Positions 16,730-22,783 of a stretch of DNA of 38,974 bases are shown piece after piece. The notes under the pieces were generated by a model. That model was not told the DNA's origin. It worked only from the letters and a program-made list of their open reading frames with translations, and did not search any database. Numbering within the stretch: the stretch's first letter is position 1; each line of letters opens with the position of its first letter. The position numbers and the translations under genes were made by a program. Source of the stretch: an uncultured Candidatus Saccharibacteria bacterium (GTDB lineage Bacteria > Patescibacteriota > Minisyncoccia > Phycocordibacterales > UBA1539); NCBI GenBank assembly GCA_964430255.1, contig CAYSEK010000001.1, positions 1 through 38,974 of the forward strand, in the 5' to 3' direction.

Positions 16730-16778
16730 AAGGTTCGACCTTTCTCCGTCACTTCGCTCCTCCTTAAGGTCGAACCTT
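16730..16778. repeat. 13-bp perfect inverted repeat with GGTTCGACC core, 23-nt loop
   Basis: aaggttcgacctt (16730-16742) / aaggtcgaacctt (16766-16778). A related palindrome gaacgaggtcgaacctcgttc lies at 15296-15316. Confidence 0.7.
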
Positions 16779-16811
16779 TTCCCGCAAGTTTTGTAAAAAA
16801 TTATTGTTCAA

Positions 16812-16852
16812 AAAGACCGTGCTACTTATAGTAGCACGGTCTTTCTTTTTTT
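16812..16852 (-). terminator. Intrinsic terminator after the KH-protein gene (bidirectional shape)
   Basis: 15-bp stem aaagaccgtgctact / agtagcacggtcttt, loop tat, with T-runs on both strands. Confidence 0.7.
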
Positions 16853-16867
16853 ACATTTAGTTTGAGG

Positions 16868-17188
16868 TTAAGCTTTAAGCTCTTCCATAGCCTGATCAAC
16901 ACTAGCAGTTGCGGTTGCAGTTGCAGTGTTTGGACCTCTTCCGCCTTCCGGCTCGTTGATCTTTAGGTTAACACGAGCGTCATTTTTCATACCCACTACA
17001 CGAAGAAGTGTACGGATAGCTTTCGCTGTGTTTCCTGATCGTCCGATGATTTTGCCCATATCGTCTGGATGTACATCCAAAGTGATAAGAACACCCATCT
17101 CGTCAACAGTCCTCTCAACCTTTACGCTGTCAGGATTGTCAACTAATTCCTTTACAACGAATTCTAGAAATTGTGCGTCTTTTTCCAT
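16868..17188 (-). CDS. KH-domain RNA-binding protein (YlqC/UPF0109 type)
   Basis: 106 aa. GKIIGRSGNTAKAIRTLL carries the GXXG KH motif. This is the usual partner of rpsP and trmD. Confidence 0.85.
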   Translation of the reverse strand: MEKDAQFLEFVVKELVDNPDSVKVERTVDEMGVLITLDVHPDDMGKIIGRSGNTAKAIRTLLRVVGMKNDARVNLKINEPEGGRGPNTATATATASVDQAMEELKA

Positions 17189-17265
17189 CGTATTTCTTTC
17201 TATCTATATCTACTAAAAAAGTCTTTGCAGTTTGTCGTTCGACCAAAACGCCACTGCTAATGAAA

Positions 17266-17293
17266 ATTATATTAAATCAGGATGATTTGTCAA
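17266..17293 (-). promoter_or_regulatory. Consensus sigma-70 promoter upstream of the KH-protein gene
   Basis: Minus strand TTGACA - 16 nt - TATAAT (ttgacaaatcatcctgatttaatataat), about 75 nt upstream of the ATG. Confidence 0.65.
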
Positions 17294-17327
17294 CAAAAAA
17301 AATATCCTGATTTAAAAAGCAGGATAT
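17294..17327 (-). terminator. Intrinsic terminator after the 164-aa membrane-anchored protein gene
   Basis: Stem atatcctg / caggatat followed (minus strand) by T8. Confidence 0.55.
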
Positions 17328-17367
17328 AAACAAAAAAACTGATGCAATATAAATACATTTATTCAAA

Positions 17368-17859
17368 CTAATTCAACTCGTGTGATTCTAAAAGTTTTTC
17401 ATTATACATCTGTTCAATCTTGAACAAATCACCTTCAGCGACTACAGAAGCTGGAGGAGTGTTACTGAGTGGCAACAATTCAATTTTACTTGCATTGCGT
17501 TTAAGTGGTTTATCTTCAAGATAAACAGTATCGCCTTCTTCCTTGTCGGAATACTGAGCGATGCAAGTTTTCTTTTCTCCAACCTTAAAAAAACTCTCAC
17601 ATTCGAGTTCAACTTCTATATAATCAAAACTCCCGTTCAGCTCTACTAATTTTTCTACATTAGTTTGAATTGATTCTCTTATGGGTATCTGTGGAGCAAT
17701 ATGAACTTCGTGTATCATCGGTTCAAGTTTTTCTTTTGTATCAAAAGTATCTACACGAACAAGTTGTGAATCAATTTCAGCTTCTGTATCAATATTTGAA
17801 TAAATCACAACAATTGCGAAGAACAAAACGGCACAAATAATAATATATTTTAAATGCAT
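17368..17859 (-). CDS. Hypothetical N-terminally membrane-anchored protein
   Basis: Start chosen at ATG 17859 (MHLKYIIICAVLFFAIVVIY...) because AGGAG (17867-17871) lies 7 nt upstream. The ORF-track start 17931 is less likely. Confidence 0.65.
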   Translation of the reverse strand: MHLKYIIICAVLFFAIVVIYSNIDTEAEIDSQLVRVDTFDTKEKLEPMIHEVHIAPQIPIRESIQTNVEKLVELNGSFDYIEVELECESFFKVGEKKTCIAQYSDKEEGDTVYLEDKPLKRNASKIELLPLSNTPPASVVAEGDLFKIEQMYNEKLLESHELN

Positions 17860-18010
17860 TACACATCTCCTAAATGTTATAAAGATCAAAAATCCAACAC
17901 AAATAGTACACGATAATAACGATAAGAACAACAGATATTTTAAAAAAACAAACTCTCACAAGCAGACTACACTTTAGACAAATCCTTTCAAATCTAAAAA
18001 TCAGAATATA

Positions 18011-18039
18011 TTGCCTGCAAACATACTTATCTGTATAAT
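18011..18039 (+). promoter_or_regulatory. Promoter placed for a leaderless transcript of the 236-aa gene
   Basis: TTGCCT - 17 nt - TATAAT, then only 6 nt (gcacgt) before ATG 18046. No SD. Confidence 0.55.
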
Positions 18040-18045
18040 GCACGT

Positions 18046-18756
18046 ATGAAAAATAAAACAAAAATAATTATTTTACTGATAGTAATATCAATAATCTCAA
18101 TAGCAATAATCAGTAAAAATTTTGAAGAAAATAAAGAAGATACTGCAAGCATAATCCACATCCCCGTATCCGAATCTCCGAGAGTATATAATCCCATAAT
18201 AGGTAATAAGGAGATTGATAAAGACAAGACTAGTCTTTTGGATAAAGACGTCTCAAAAGAATTTGAGACAATAGATGTTTCAGAAGAAGCGATTGCGAAT
18301 TGGGATACTTGCAGAAATGAAGAATATGGGTATGAGTTTAAATATCCGAGTGGGTGGTATATGTACAAAGTGTTTATTGGAACTGAGTCTGGATATCATA
18401 AAAAAATATCTACATGTGGAGGTTCGTTTATAACTCTTTCGCAAAAAACAATAATCTCACCCGGACAAACTCCTCCAACAATAGGGGTTCGTTTTCTTAC
18501 TAACAGGTGGACAGGTTCCTTGCAAGAATATTTACAAACACAAACATTTAATAATAAATTAAATCCCATAATTAACTGGGAAGAATACAATATTGATGAA
18601 GCAAAAATCATACAGTATAATTCACAATATTCTCTAGAAAGAATCCTCTTTTCTTATAAAGGAAATATATTTAACTTAAGCGTAGATACACAAGATCGCG
18701 AAAATCAATCCGAATTTCTTAACGCCGTCATTTCAACCCTCAAATTTATTGATTAA
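18046..18756 (+). CDS. Hypothetical membrane-anchored extracytoplasmic protein, W-x-x-x-R-N-E-E-x-G-[YF]-E ... [KR]-F-I-D family (paralog of 34173..34814)
   Basis: 236 aa. N-terminal TM IIILLIVISIISIAII. Motif ANWDTCRNEEYGYEFKYPSGW. C-terminal LKFID. Confidence 0.75.
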   Translation: MKNKTKIIILLIVISIISIAIISKNFEENKEDTASIIHIPVSESPRVYNPIIGNKEIDKDKTSLLDKDVSKEFETIDVSEEAIANWDTCRNEEYGYEFKYPSGWYMYKVFIGTESGYHKKISTCGGSFITLSQKTIISPGQTPPTIGVRFLTNRWTGSLQEYLQTQTFNNKLNPIINWEEYNIDEAKIIQYNSQYSLERILFSYKGNIFNLSVDTQDRENQSEFLNAVISTLKFID

Positions 18757-18767
18757 ACATTTAAAGA

Positions 18768-18796
18768 AAACCCCTTGCTTTAATAACAAGGGGTTT
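18768..18796. terminator. Bidirectional terminator between convergent genes
   Basis: 10-bp stem aaaccccttg / caaggggttt, with a T-rich flank on the minus strand and tttgtgt on the plus strand. Confidence 0.6.
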
Positions 18797-18824
18797 GTGT
18801 CAACGTGTAGTAATTATATAAATA

Positions 18825-20054
18825 TTACCACCACTGACAATTTTCCCAGAGGCAGACATTGTCTGCTCCGTCGACTTGAAGAGGATCCGTTCCCCATTCA
18901 CCTTTCCATCCATATGGATCAACACGAGTTCCATCATACTTTTTAACAGTAAAGTGTAGATGCCCATCTCCTGTTTGCCCAATCCAAGAACCTTTTGATA
19001 CGGGTTGACTTGGTTGTCCATCGCCTATAAGTTGAGATGAAAGATGTAGATAGTATGTAGTGTAACCACTTGAATGCACAATCATCATACCGCTGTCATA
19101 TGCATATGCAACACCAGTTGCTGCTGCATAAACACCAACATTATCACCAACAGGATAATCATAGCCAGTGTGTCCATCATAGGACAAGAACAGATTGTTG
19201 CCATTCTTATCAGGCGCATTATACTGCCCATTTATACTAAATGGAACTAATCCATTTTGCGCAAAACCATACAATTTTTCTTTAGGACATGCTGAACTTG
19301 TAATAGTTGAATTCCAGTCAGATATCCCATATTGCAACTCACCTCTTTCTCCGGTATATGCCGTAACAACGTAGTCTGGGCAATTAAACCCCGTACTCAC
19401 GGAATGATCTACAATAGCATTAACCGGCACAGTATACGGCGTATAACCAGCAAGTGGGAACGCAAGGTTCGCACCATCATACGTCACGATGAGCTTTGGT
19501 CTTGCCCAGCGATACGCGAAAGGCAAATCCGAGCTATAAAACTGTGAAAACTGGTTATCCGTACCTGTTGGACGAAAACCAAAACCATAGTTGGGATATG
19601 TGCCAGATTTCCAATCATTGTAAATACTGGTTATATTAAGACCGTACCAGAAACCAAGTATTGGTGCTGAAGCTAGATACAACGACTGTCTACCTAATTG
19701 GTCATACCATCCAGTATTTTCATCCCAATCCTCAACAAGAAGATCCATATACATACTTACAAGTGTTGATGAATCTCCTCGATCATACGGAAGCATCCAC
19801 ATCTCAGCGGAAGTTGGGTTTTGTTGTAAACCAGTAACATCAAACTTGATAAGGAAATTATATTCATCTCCCCATCCACCAGCTTGAAGTTTCCAGTCGT
19901 CAACACCATAATCGTCGCCATAATCGTAATATGACGAAAGCCACACATCCACTCCATCTTCGGGTCCAGGCTCGTATATTACTTGATCCGCTAATGATAA
20001 AGATATAGCAGTAAAGTAAGTTGCAAGTACAAATAAAATATTTCTGATTTTCAT
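18825..20054 (-). CDS. Secreted M23-family (LAS) metallopeptidase with a large N-terminal non-catalytic domain
   Basis: 409 aa. Signal peptide MKIRNILFVLATYFTAISLSLA. HxxxD (DGHTGYDYP) and HxH (GDGHLHF) zinc motifs in the C-terminal third. GAGGTG lies 6 nt upstream of the ATG. The N-terminal ~200 aa is W/Y/D-rich and possibly a carbohydrate-binding beta-sandwich. Confidence 0.85.
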   Translation of the reverse strand: MKIRNILFVLATYFTAISLSLADQVIYEPGPEDGVDVWLSSYYDYGDDYGVDDWKLQAGGWGDEYNFLIKFDVTGLQQNPTSAEMWMLPYDRGDSSTLVSMYMDLLVEDWDENTGWYDQLGRQSLYLASAPILGFWYGLNITSIYNDWKSGTYPNYGFGFRPTGTDNQFSQFYSSDLPFAYRWARPKLIVTYDGANLAFPLAGYTPYTVPVNAIVDHSVSTGFNCPDYVVTAYTGERGELQYGISDWNSTITSSACPKEKLYGFAQNGLVPFSINGQYNAPDKNGNNLFLSYDGHTGYDYPVGDNVGVYAAATGVAYAYDSGMMIVHSSGYTTYYLHLSSQLIGDGQPSQPVSKGSWIGQTGDGHLHFTVKKYDGTRVDPYGWKGEWGTDPLQVDGADNVCLWENCQWW

Positions 20055-20088
20055 CAGTTACACCTCTTTTTTAAGTTTATGAAAGAAC
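20041..20088 (-). repeat. Start-codon + SD + upstream leader module, copy A (partner 34871..34916)
   Basis: tttctgattttcatcagttacacctcttttttaagtttatgaaagaac versus tttctaattttcatcagtcatacctctttttaatttttgaaagaac. Covers codons MKIRN, the SD and ~25 nt upstream. Confidence 0.75.
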
Positions 20089-20249
20089 AAAAGTTGATTG
20101 CTAACCAATCAACTTTGAAATAATAACATATTTTTATTTTTTACAAACTATGGATTACTCTGTAAATTTAAAAGAAAAATCTTTTTATGTTCAATGTCCA
20201 ATATCGAACATAAATATTTACATATTTCTCTAACGCTACATCAGTAAAC

Positions 20250-20278
20250 AAAAAAACCGCGCCGAGCGCGGGTTTTTA
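20250..20278 (-). terminator. rpsP intrinsic terminator
   Basis: GC stem ccgcgc / gcgcgg, loop cga, followed on the minus strand by T7. Confidence 0.7.
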
Positions 20279-20320
20279 TTATTCAGCTTTTTTCTTCCCG
20301 CTTATCGGCGGGACTTCGGC

Positions 20321-20908
20321 TTACGCCTCAGCTTTTACTTCTTCTTTTGTTTCCTCTTTGGGAGCTTCGGGTTTTTCCTTGGCTTCCTCTTTAGGTGTTT
20401 CTTCCTTTACTTCTTCTTTAGGAGTTTCGGGTTCTTCTTTAGTTTCCTCTTTGGGTGTTTCTTCTTCCTTAGCTTCTACTGGAGCTTCCTCTTTAGTCTC
20501 TTCTGTTTTCTCTTCGGGCTCTTCTGTTTTAGTTTCTGCTGGAGCTTCTTTCCCGCTCTCAGACGGGACTTCGGCATCCGCCTCAGCTTTTGCTTCCTGT
20601 GCTTTCTTCTCTTCCTCTGTAATTTCCTTTACTATAGGACTTTTCTTTGGAAGTACGTTTATTTTCTTACCTTCTATTATCTTTTCCCTTATGAGCAGGT
20701 TGTGCATCGTGTCAGAAACCTGCGCACCTACAGACATCCAGTGCTTAACTCTATCACCATCTATCTGAATCTCATTTGAATGAGGATTATATGAACCAAT
20801 AAGCTCAACATTGTCGCCACTTTTTGGCCCTCTCTTTGAGTCAGTAACAACAATCCGAAAAGCCGGGTTGTTCTTCCTTCCTACTCTTTGTAGTCTAATC
20901 TTTAACAT
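20321..20908 (-). CDS. rpsP: 30S ribosomal protein S16 with ~105-aa acidic E/K/P/T-rich C-terminal extension
   Basis: Start at ATG 20908 (MLKIRLQRVGRKNNPAFRIVV...), the canonical S16 N-terminus. The ORF-track extension to 21118 has no S16 similarity and would overrun the promoter. Confidence 0.9.
   Translation of the reverse strand: MLKIRLQRVGRKNNPAFRIVVTDSKRGPKSGDNVELIGSYNPHSNEIQIDGDRVKHWMSVGAQVSDTMHNLLIREKIIEGKKINVLPKKSPIVKEITEEEKKAQEAKAEADAEVPSESGKEAPAETKTEEPEEKTEETKEEAPVEAKEEETPKEETKEEPETPKEEVKEETPKEEAKEKPEAPKEETKEEVKAEA
20324..20641 (-). repeat. Coding low-complexity repeat (PKEE[TV]KEE-like units) forming the S16 tail
   Basis: Reiterated ttcctctttgggNNcttc / ttcttctttaggag units on the plus strand. 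Bracketed by a ~48-bp relic duplication (about 20295-20343 and 20548-20597). Confidence 0.7.
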
Positions 20909-20915
20909 GGCGCAT

Positions 20916-20944
20916 ATACTACCAAAAGACTGACAAAAGGTCAA
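20916..20944 (-). promoter_or_regulatory. rpsP promoter placed for a leaderless transcript
   Basis: Minus strand TTGACC - 17 nt - TAGTAT - 7 nt (atgcgcc) - ATG. No SD. Confidence 0.55.
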
Positions 20945-20952
20945 TATTTCTT

Positions 20953-20980
20953 TTGCTGACAGTAAATATTGATGTATACT
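20953..20980 (+). promoter_or_regulatory. Divergent promoter candidate for the small-membrane-protein/bPH_2 operon
   Basis: TTGCTG - 16 nt - TATACT, then 9 nt to ATG 20990. Confidence 0.4.
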
Positions 20981-20989
20981 AATTAGTAC

Positions 20990-21241
20990 ATGTTCCCTGG
21001 AATACAAAAAACTGCAGAGGTAGCGATAAGCATCGCAATAAGCCCAAAAATCCTTTGGATAACATTTGGGGTTGTGTTTTCCCTTGTTTCGATTATGAGT
21101 ATTATACTTTTTTACCACTGGAAATCTTACGGATTCAAGCCTGTAAAAACAGGGCTTATGGGCATTCTTTACTTTGCAGGACTGCTTATTCTATTTGGTG
21201 TTATGTTTTTTGCCATAATCTCTTACACAGTATCATTATGA
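20990..21241 (+). CDS. Small two-TM membrane protein
   Basis: 83 aa with two hydrophobic helices (ILWITFGVVFSLVSIMSIILFY and LMGILYFAGLLILFGVMFFAII). ATGA overlap with the next gene. The exact start is uncertain. Confidence 0.55.
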   Translation: MFPGIQKTAEVAISIAISPKILWITFGVVFSLVSIMSIILFYHWKSYGFKPVKTGLMGILYFAGLLILFGVMFFAIISYTVSL

Positions 21242-21771
21242 TAAAATTAGACAAAGATGAAAAAATTATTCTGCAAGTGAGAAAGCATTGGTTTATATTA
21301 TTTGCCGAAACGCTCTTTCTTGTATTCTTGCTTTTACTGCCAGTCATAGTAATAATTGGAATAAGTCTTTTAAAAACATCGGGCTTTATTGAAATAGCGG
21401 GCAATGAAACTTTTCTTTATATAATACTTACCTCGCTCTGGCTCATCTTTGTGTGGGTCACATTTTTTGTCATCTGGACCGACTACTATCTAGACATTCT
21501 TATTGTCACAGACAAACGTATTATAGACATAGAACAAAAAGGTTTATTTTCCAGAGAAGTATCTACTTTCAGATTAGATAGAATACAAGACATCACCACA
21601 GAAGTGCATGGGCTTATCGCCACACTCATTGATTTTGGTAACGTGCATATTCAAACTGCCGGTGAAAAGAGAGAATTCATCGCCAAGGGAATCCCCGAGC
21701 CGGCTAAAGTAAAAAAACAAATTCTGGATGTATATAATGAAGTGATGAAAAAAAACCAACATCATTTATAA
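21238..21771 (+). CDS. Membrane protein with bacterial PH domain (bPH_2 / YdbS-YdbT-like, DUF304)
   Basis: Start at ATG 21238 (MIKLDKDEKIILQVRKHWFILF...). Two TM helices, then DYYLDILIVTDKRIIDIEQKGLFSREVSTFRLDRIQDI...GNVHIQTAG, typical of bPH_2. Confidence 0.75.
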   Translation: MIKLDKDEKIILQVRKHWFILFAETLFLVFLLLLPVIVIIGISLLKTSGFIEIAGNETFLYIILTSLWLIFVWVTFFVIWTDYYLDILIVTDKRIIDIEQKGLFSREVSTFRLDRIQDITTEVHGLIATLIDFGNVHIQTAGEKREFIAKGIPEPAKVKKQILDVYNEVMKKNQHHL

Positions 21772-21804
21772 AAAAACAGCCGTTTTGCTTTCGCAAAACG
21801 GCTG
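21771..21804 (-). terminator. Terminator after the ClpP-like gene (between convergent genes)
   Basis: 12-bp stem cagccgttttgc / gcaaaacggctg, loop tttc. T-run on the minus strand only. Confidence 0.65.
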
Positions 21805-21812
21805 TACGCTAT

Positions 21813-22400
21813 TTACATAGCCTTGTTTATAACCTTATCTATTAGACCATAAGACTTCGCGTCCTTCGCTGAGATAATCTCCCCAGAATTGGACATCTTA
21901 ATAATATCAAAGATACTCAGGTTAGATCTTTCTGAAATAATCCTGCAGATACTCTGCATGCTCTTAGTATCCCTTGAGAGACTTTCCCGAACCTTATCAA
22001 CATCGAGTTCTCCAGCTGAAGACGTTGTCTCGTCTAAATAAAGAGGCACCTCTACTGGTGTATTAATATTGTGTATACATATATTCGAGTTCGGTGTTGC
22101 GACTCTTTTTGTACACCCTTGGAGGACAACCGCTGCCATAGAGTGAGCAGGACCTATCACAATACCTGTGACAGGCGCGGAAGATGAAACAACCGCATCA
22201 TAGACAACAAGACCATATCCGGTATTTCCACCATTACTATTAATGAGGAGTTTTATTTCTGTATTAGTATCTTTGGCATTTAGATACATCAACGAGTGAT
22301 TTACCATTTCAAAACACTCGCGGTTTATTTCTCCCTGAAGAGGTATCTGCCTCTTTTCCAACAGTGTTTTAAGTAATTCTTCGTAAAATTGCTTATTCAC
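21813..22400 (-). CDS. ClpP-family (ClpP/crotonase fold) serine-protease-like protein, divergent and orphan
   Basis: 195 aa with a GTG start and AGGAGGG 7 nt upstream. Aligns by eye to ClpP: INSNGGNTGYGLVVYDA, GPAHSMAAV (Ser), PNSNICIHNI (His), SAKDAKSYGLIDKV. The position of the catalytic Asp appears to be Gly. Confidence 0.75.
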   Translation of the reverse strand: MNKQFYEELLKTLLEKRQIPLQGEINRECFEMVNHSLMYLNAKDTNTEIKLLINSNGGNTGYGLVVYDAVVSSSAPVTGIVIGPAHSMAAVVLQGCTKRVATPNSNICIHNINTPVEVPLYLDETTSSAGELDVDKVRESLSRDTKSMQSICRIISERSNLSIFDIIKMSNSGEIISAKDAKSYGLIDKVINKAM

Positions 22401-22431
22401 ATTTCTACCCTCCTGTTAATTCAAAGTTTTT

Positions 22432-22459
22432 GGTATAATGTTTTAAAGAGCACTGTCAA
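22432..22459 (-). promoter_or_regulatory. Promoter of the ClpP-like gene
   Basis: Minus strand TTGACA - 16 nt - TATACC. Its -10 is the reverse complement of a plus-strand extended -10 (TGGTATAAT, 22431-22439). Confidence 0.5.
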
Positions 22460-22538
22460 TGATAATAACATACTAAATGATTTTAGTCAATGACAGGAAA
22501 GGTCGCGCTTAAAAAATATTAAATATTTACTTAAAATT

Positions 22539-22688
22539 ATGAAAAATCCATTTGAAAATATTTTTAAAAAACCTGAGGAGAAACCTGAATATACAGGTGA
22601 GAAAAAATTCACGACTGACGCAGCGGGATCTATTGTTCCCGAAGAAACAGTCCAGGCAGATAAAAAGTTTGACGAAGGAGAAGAATAA
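22539..22688 (+). CDS. Possible 49-aa acidic small protein
   Basis: Hand-translated MKNPFENIFKKPEEKPEYTGEKKFTTDAAGSIVPEETVQADKKFDEGEE*. Followed 12 nt later by a very strong terminator. Not in the ORF track (<60 aa). No SD. Confidence 0.35.
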   Translation: MKNPFENIFKKPEEKPEYTGEKKFTTDAAGSIVPEETVQADKKFDEGEE

Positions 22689-22700
22689 ATTCTACTTTGT

Positions 22701-22751
22701 AAACAAAAACAAACAAACTTGGCTACATGCCAAGTTTTTTTGTTTTTGTTT
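22701..22751 (+). terminator. Very long (23-bp, one mismatch) hairpin terminator
   Basis: aaacaaaaacaaacaaacttggc - tacat - gccaagtttttttgtttttgttt. Confidence 0.7.
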
Positions 22752-22776
22752 ACTTTAAATTATATTAAGCTATACT
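22749..22776 (+). promoter_or_regulatory. rnr promoter candidate placed for a leaderless transcript
   Basis: TTTACT - 16 nt - TATACT - 7 nt (ctcacta) - ATG 22784. No SD. Confidence 0.45.
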
Positions 22777-22783
22777 CTCACTA

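Noticed and set aside
16730-16778. tRNA or tRNA-fragment (GGTTCGA T-loop-like motif) as a possible att site
   Set aside because: The stem and loop lengths (13-bp stem, 23-nt loop; or 8-bp stem, 5-nt loop at 15296-15316) do not fit a T-arm. No acceptor, D or anticodon arms can be drawn, and no tRNA gene is evident anywhere in the window.
20358-20768. 136-aa plus-strand ORF (S/G/L/V-rich) over the rpsP tail, and 4622-4948 (F/T/V-rich) over the rpoD K-rich tail
   Set aside because: These are complementary-strand readings of the E/K-rich and K-rich coding repeats, an artefact of low-complexity sequence.
20909-21118. N-terminal 70-aa extension of the rpsP ORF in the ORF track
   Set aside because: The canonical S16 N-terminus (MLKIRLQRVGR) starts at 20908. 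The extension is C/Y/F-rich, overlaps the divergent gene, and would bury the TTGACC-17-TAGTAT promoter.
21813-22400. Prophage interpretation of the ClpP-like gene (prohead protease)
   Set aside because: No portal, capsid, terminase or integrase genes are nearby. The gene is a single unit between housekeeping-type genes, so it is kept only as an alternative in the finding.
22552-22758. 68-aa ORF in the ORF track upstream of rnr
   Set aside because: The frame reads straight through the 23-bp terminator hairpin and is K/R/F-rich. The alternative frame (22539-22688) ends before the hairpin and is the more plausible, though still uncertain, small ORF.
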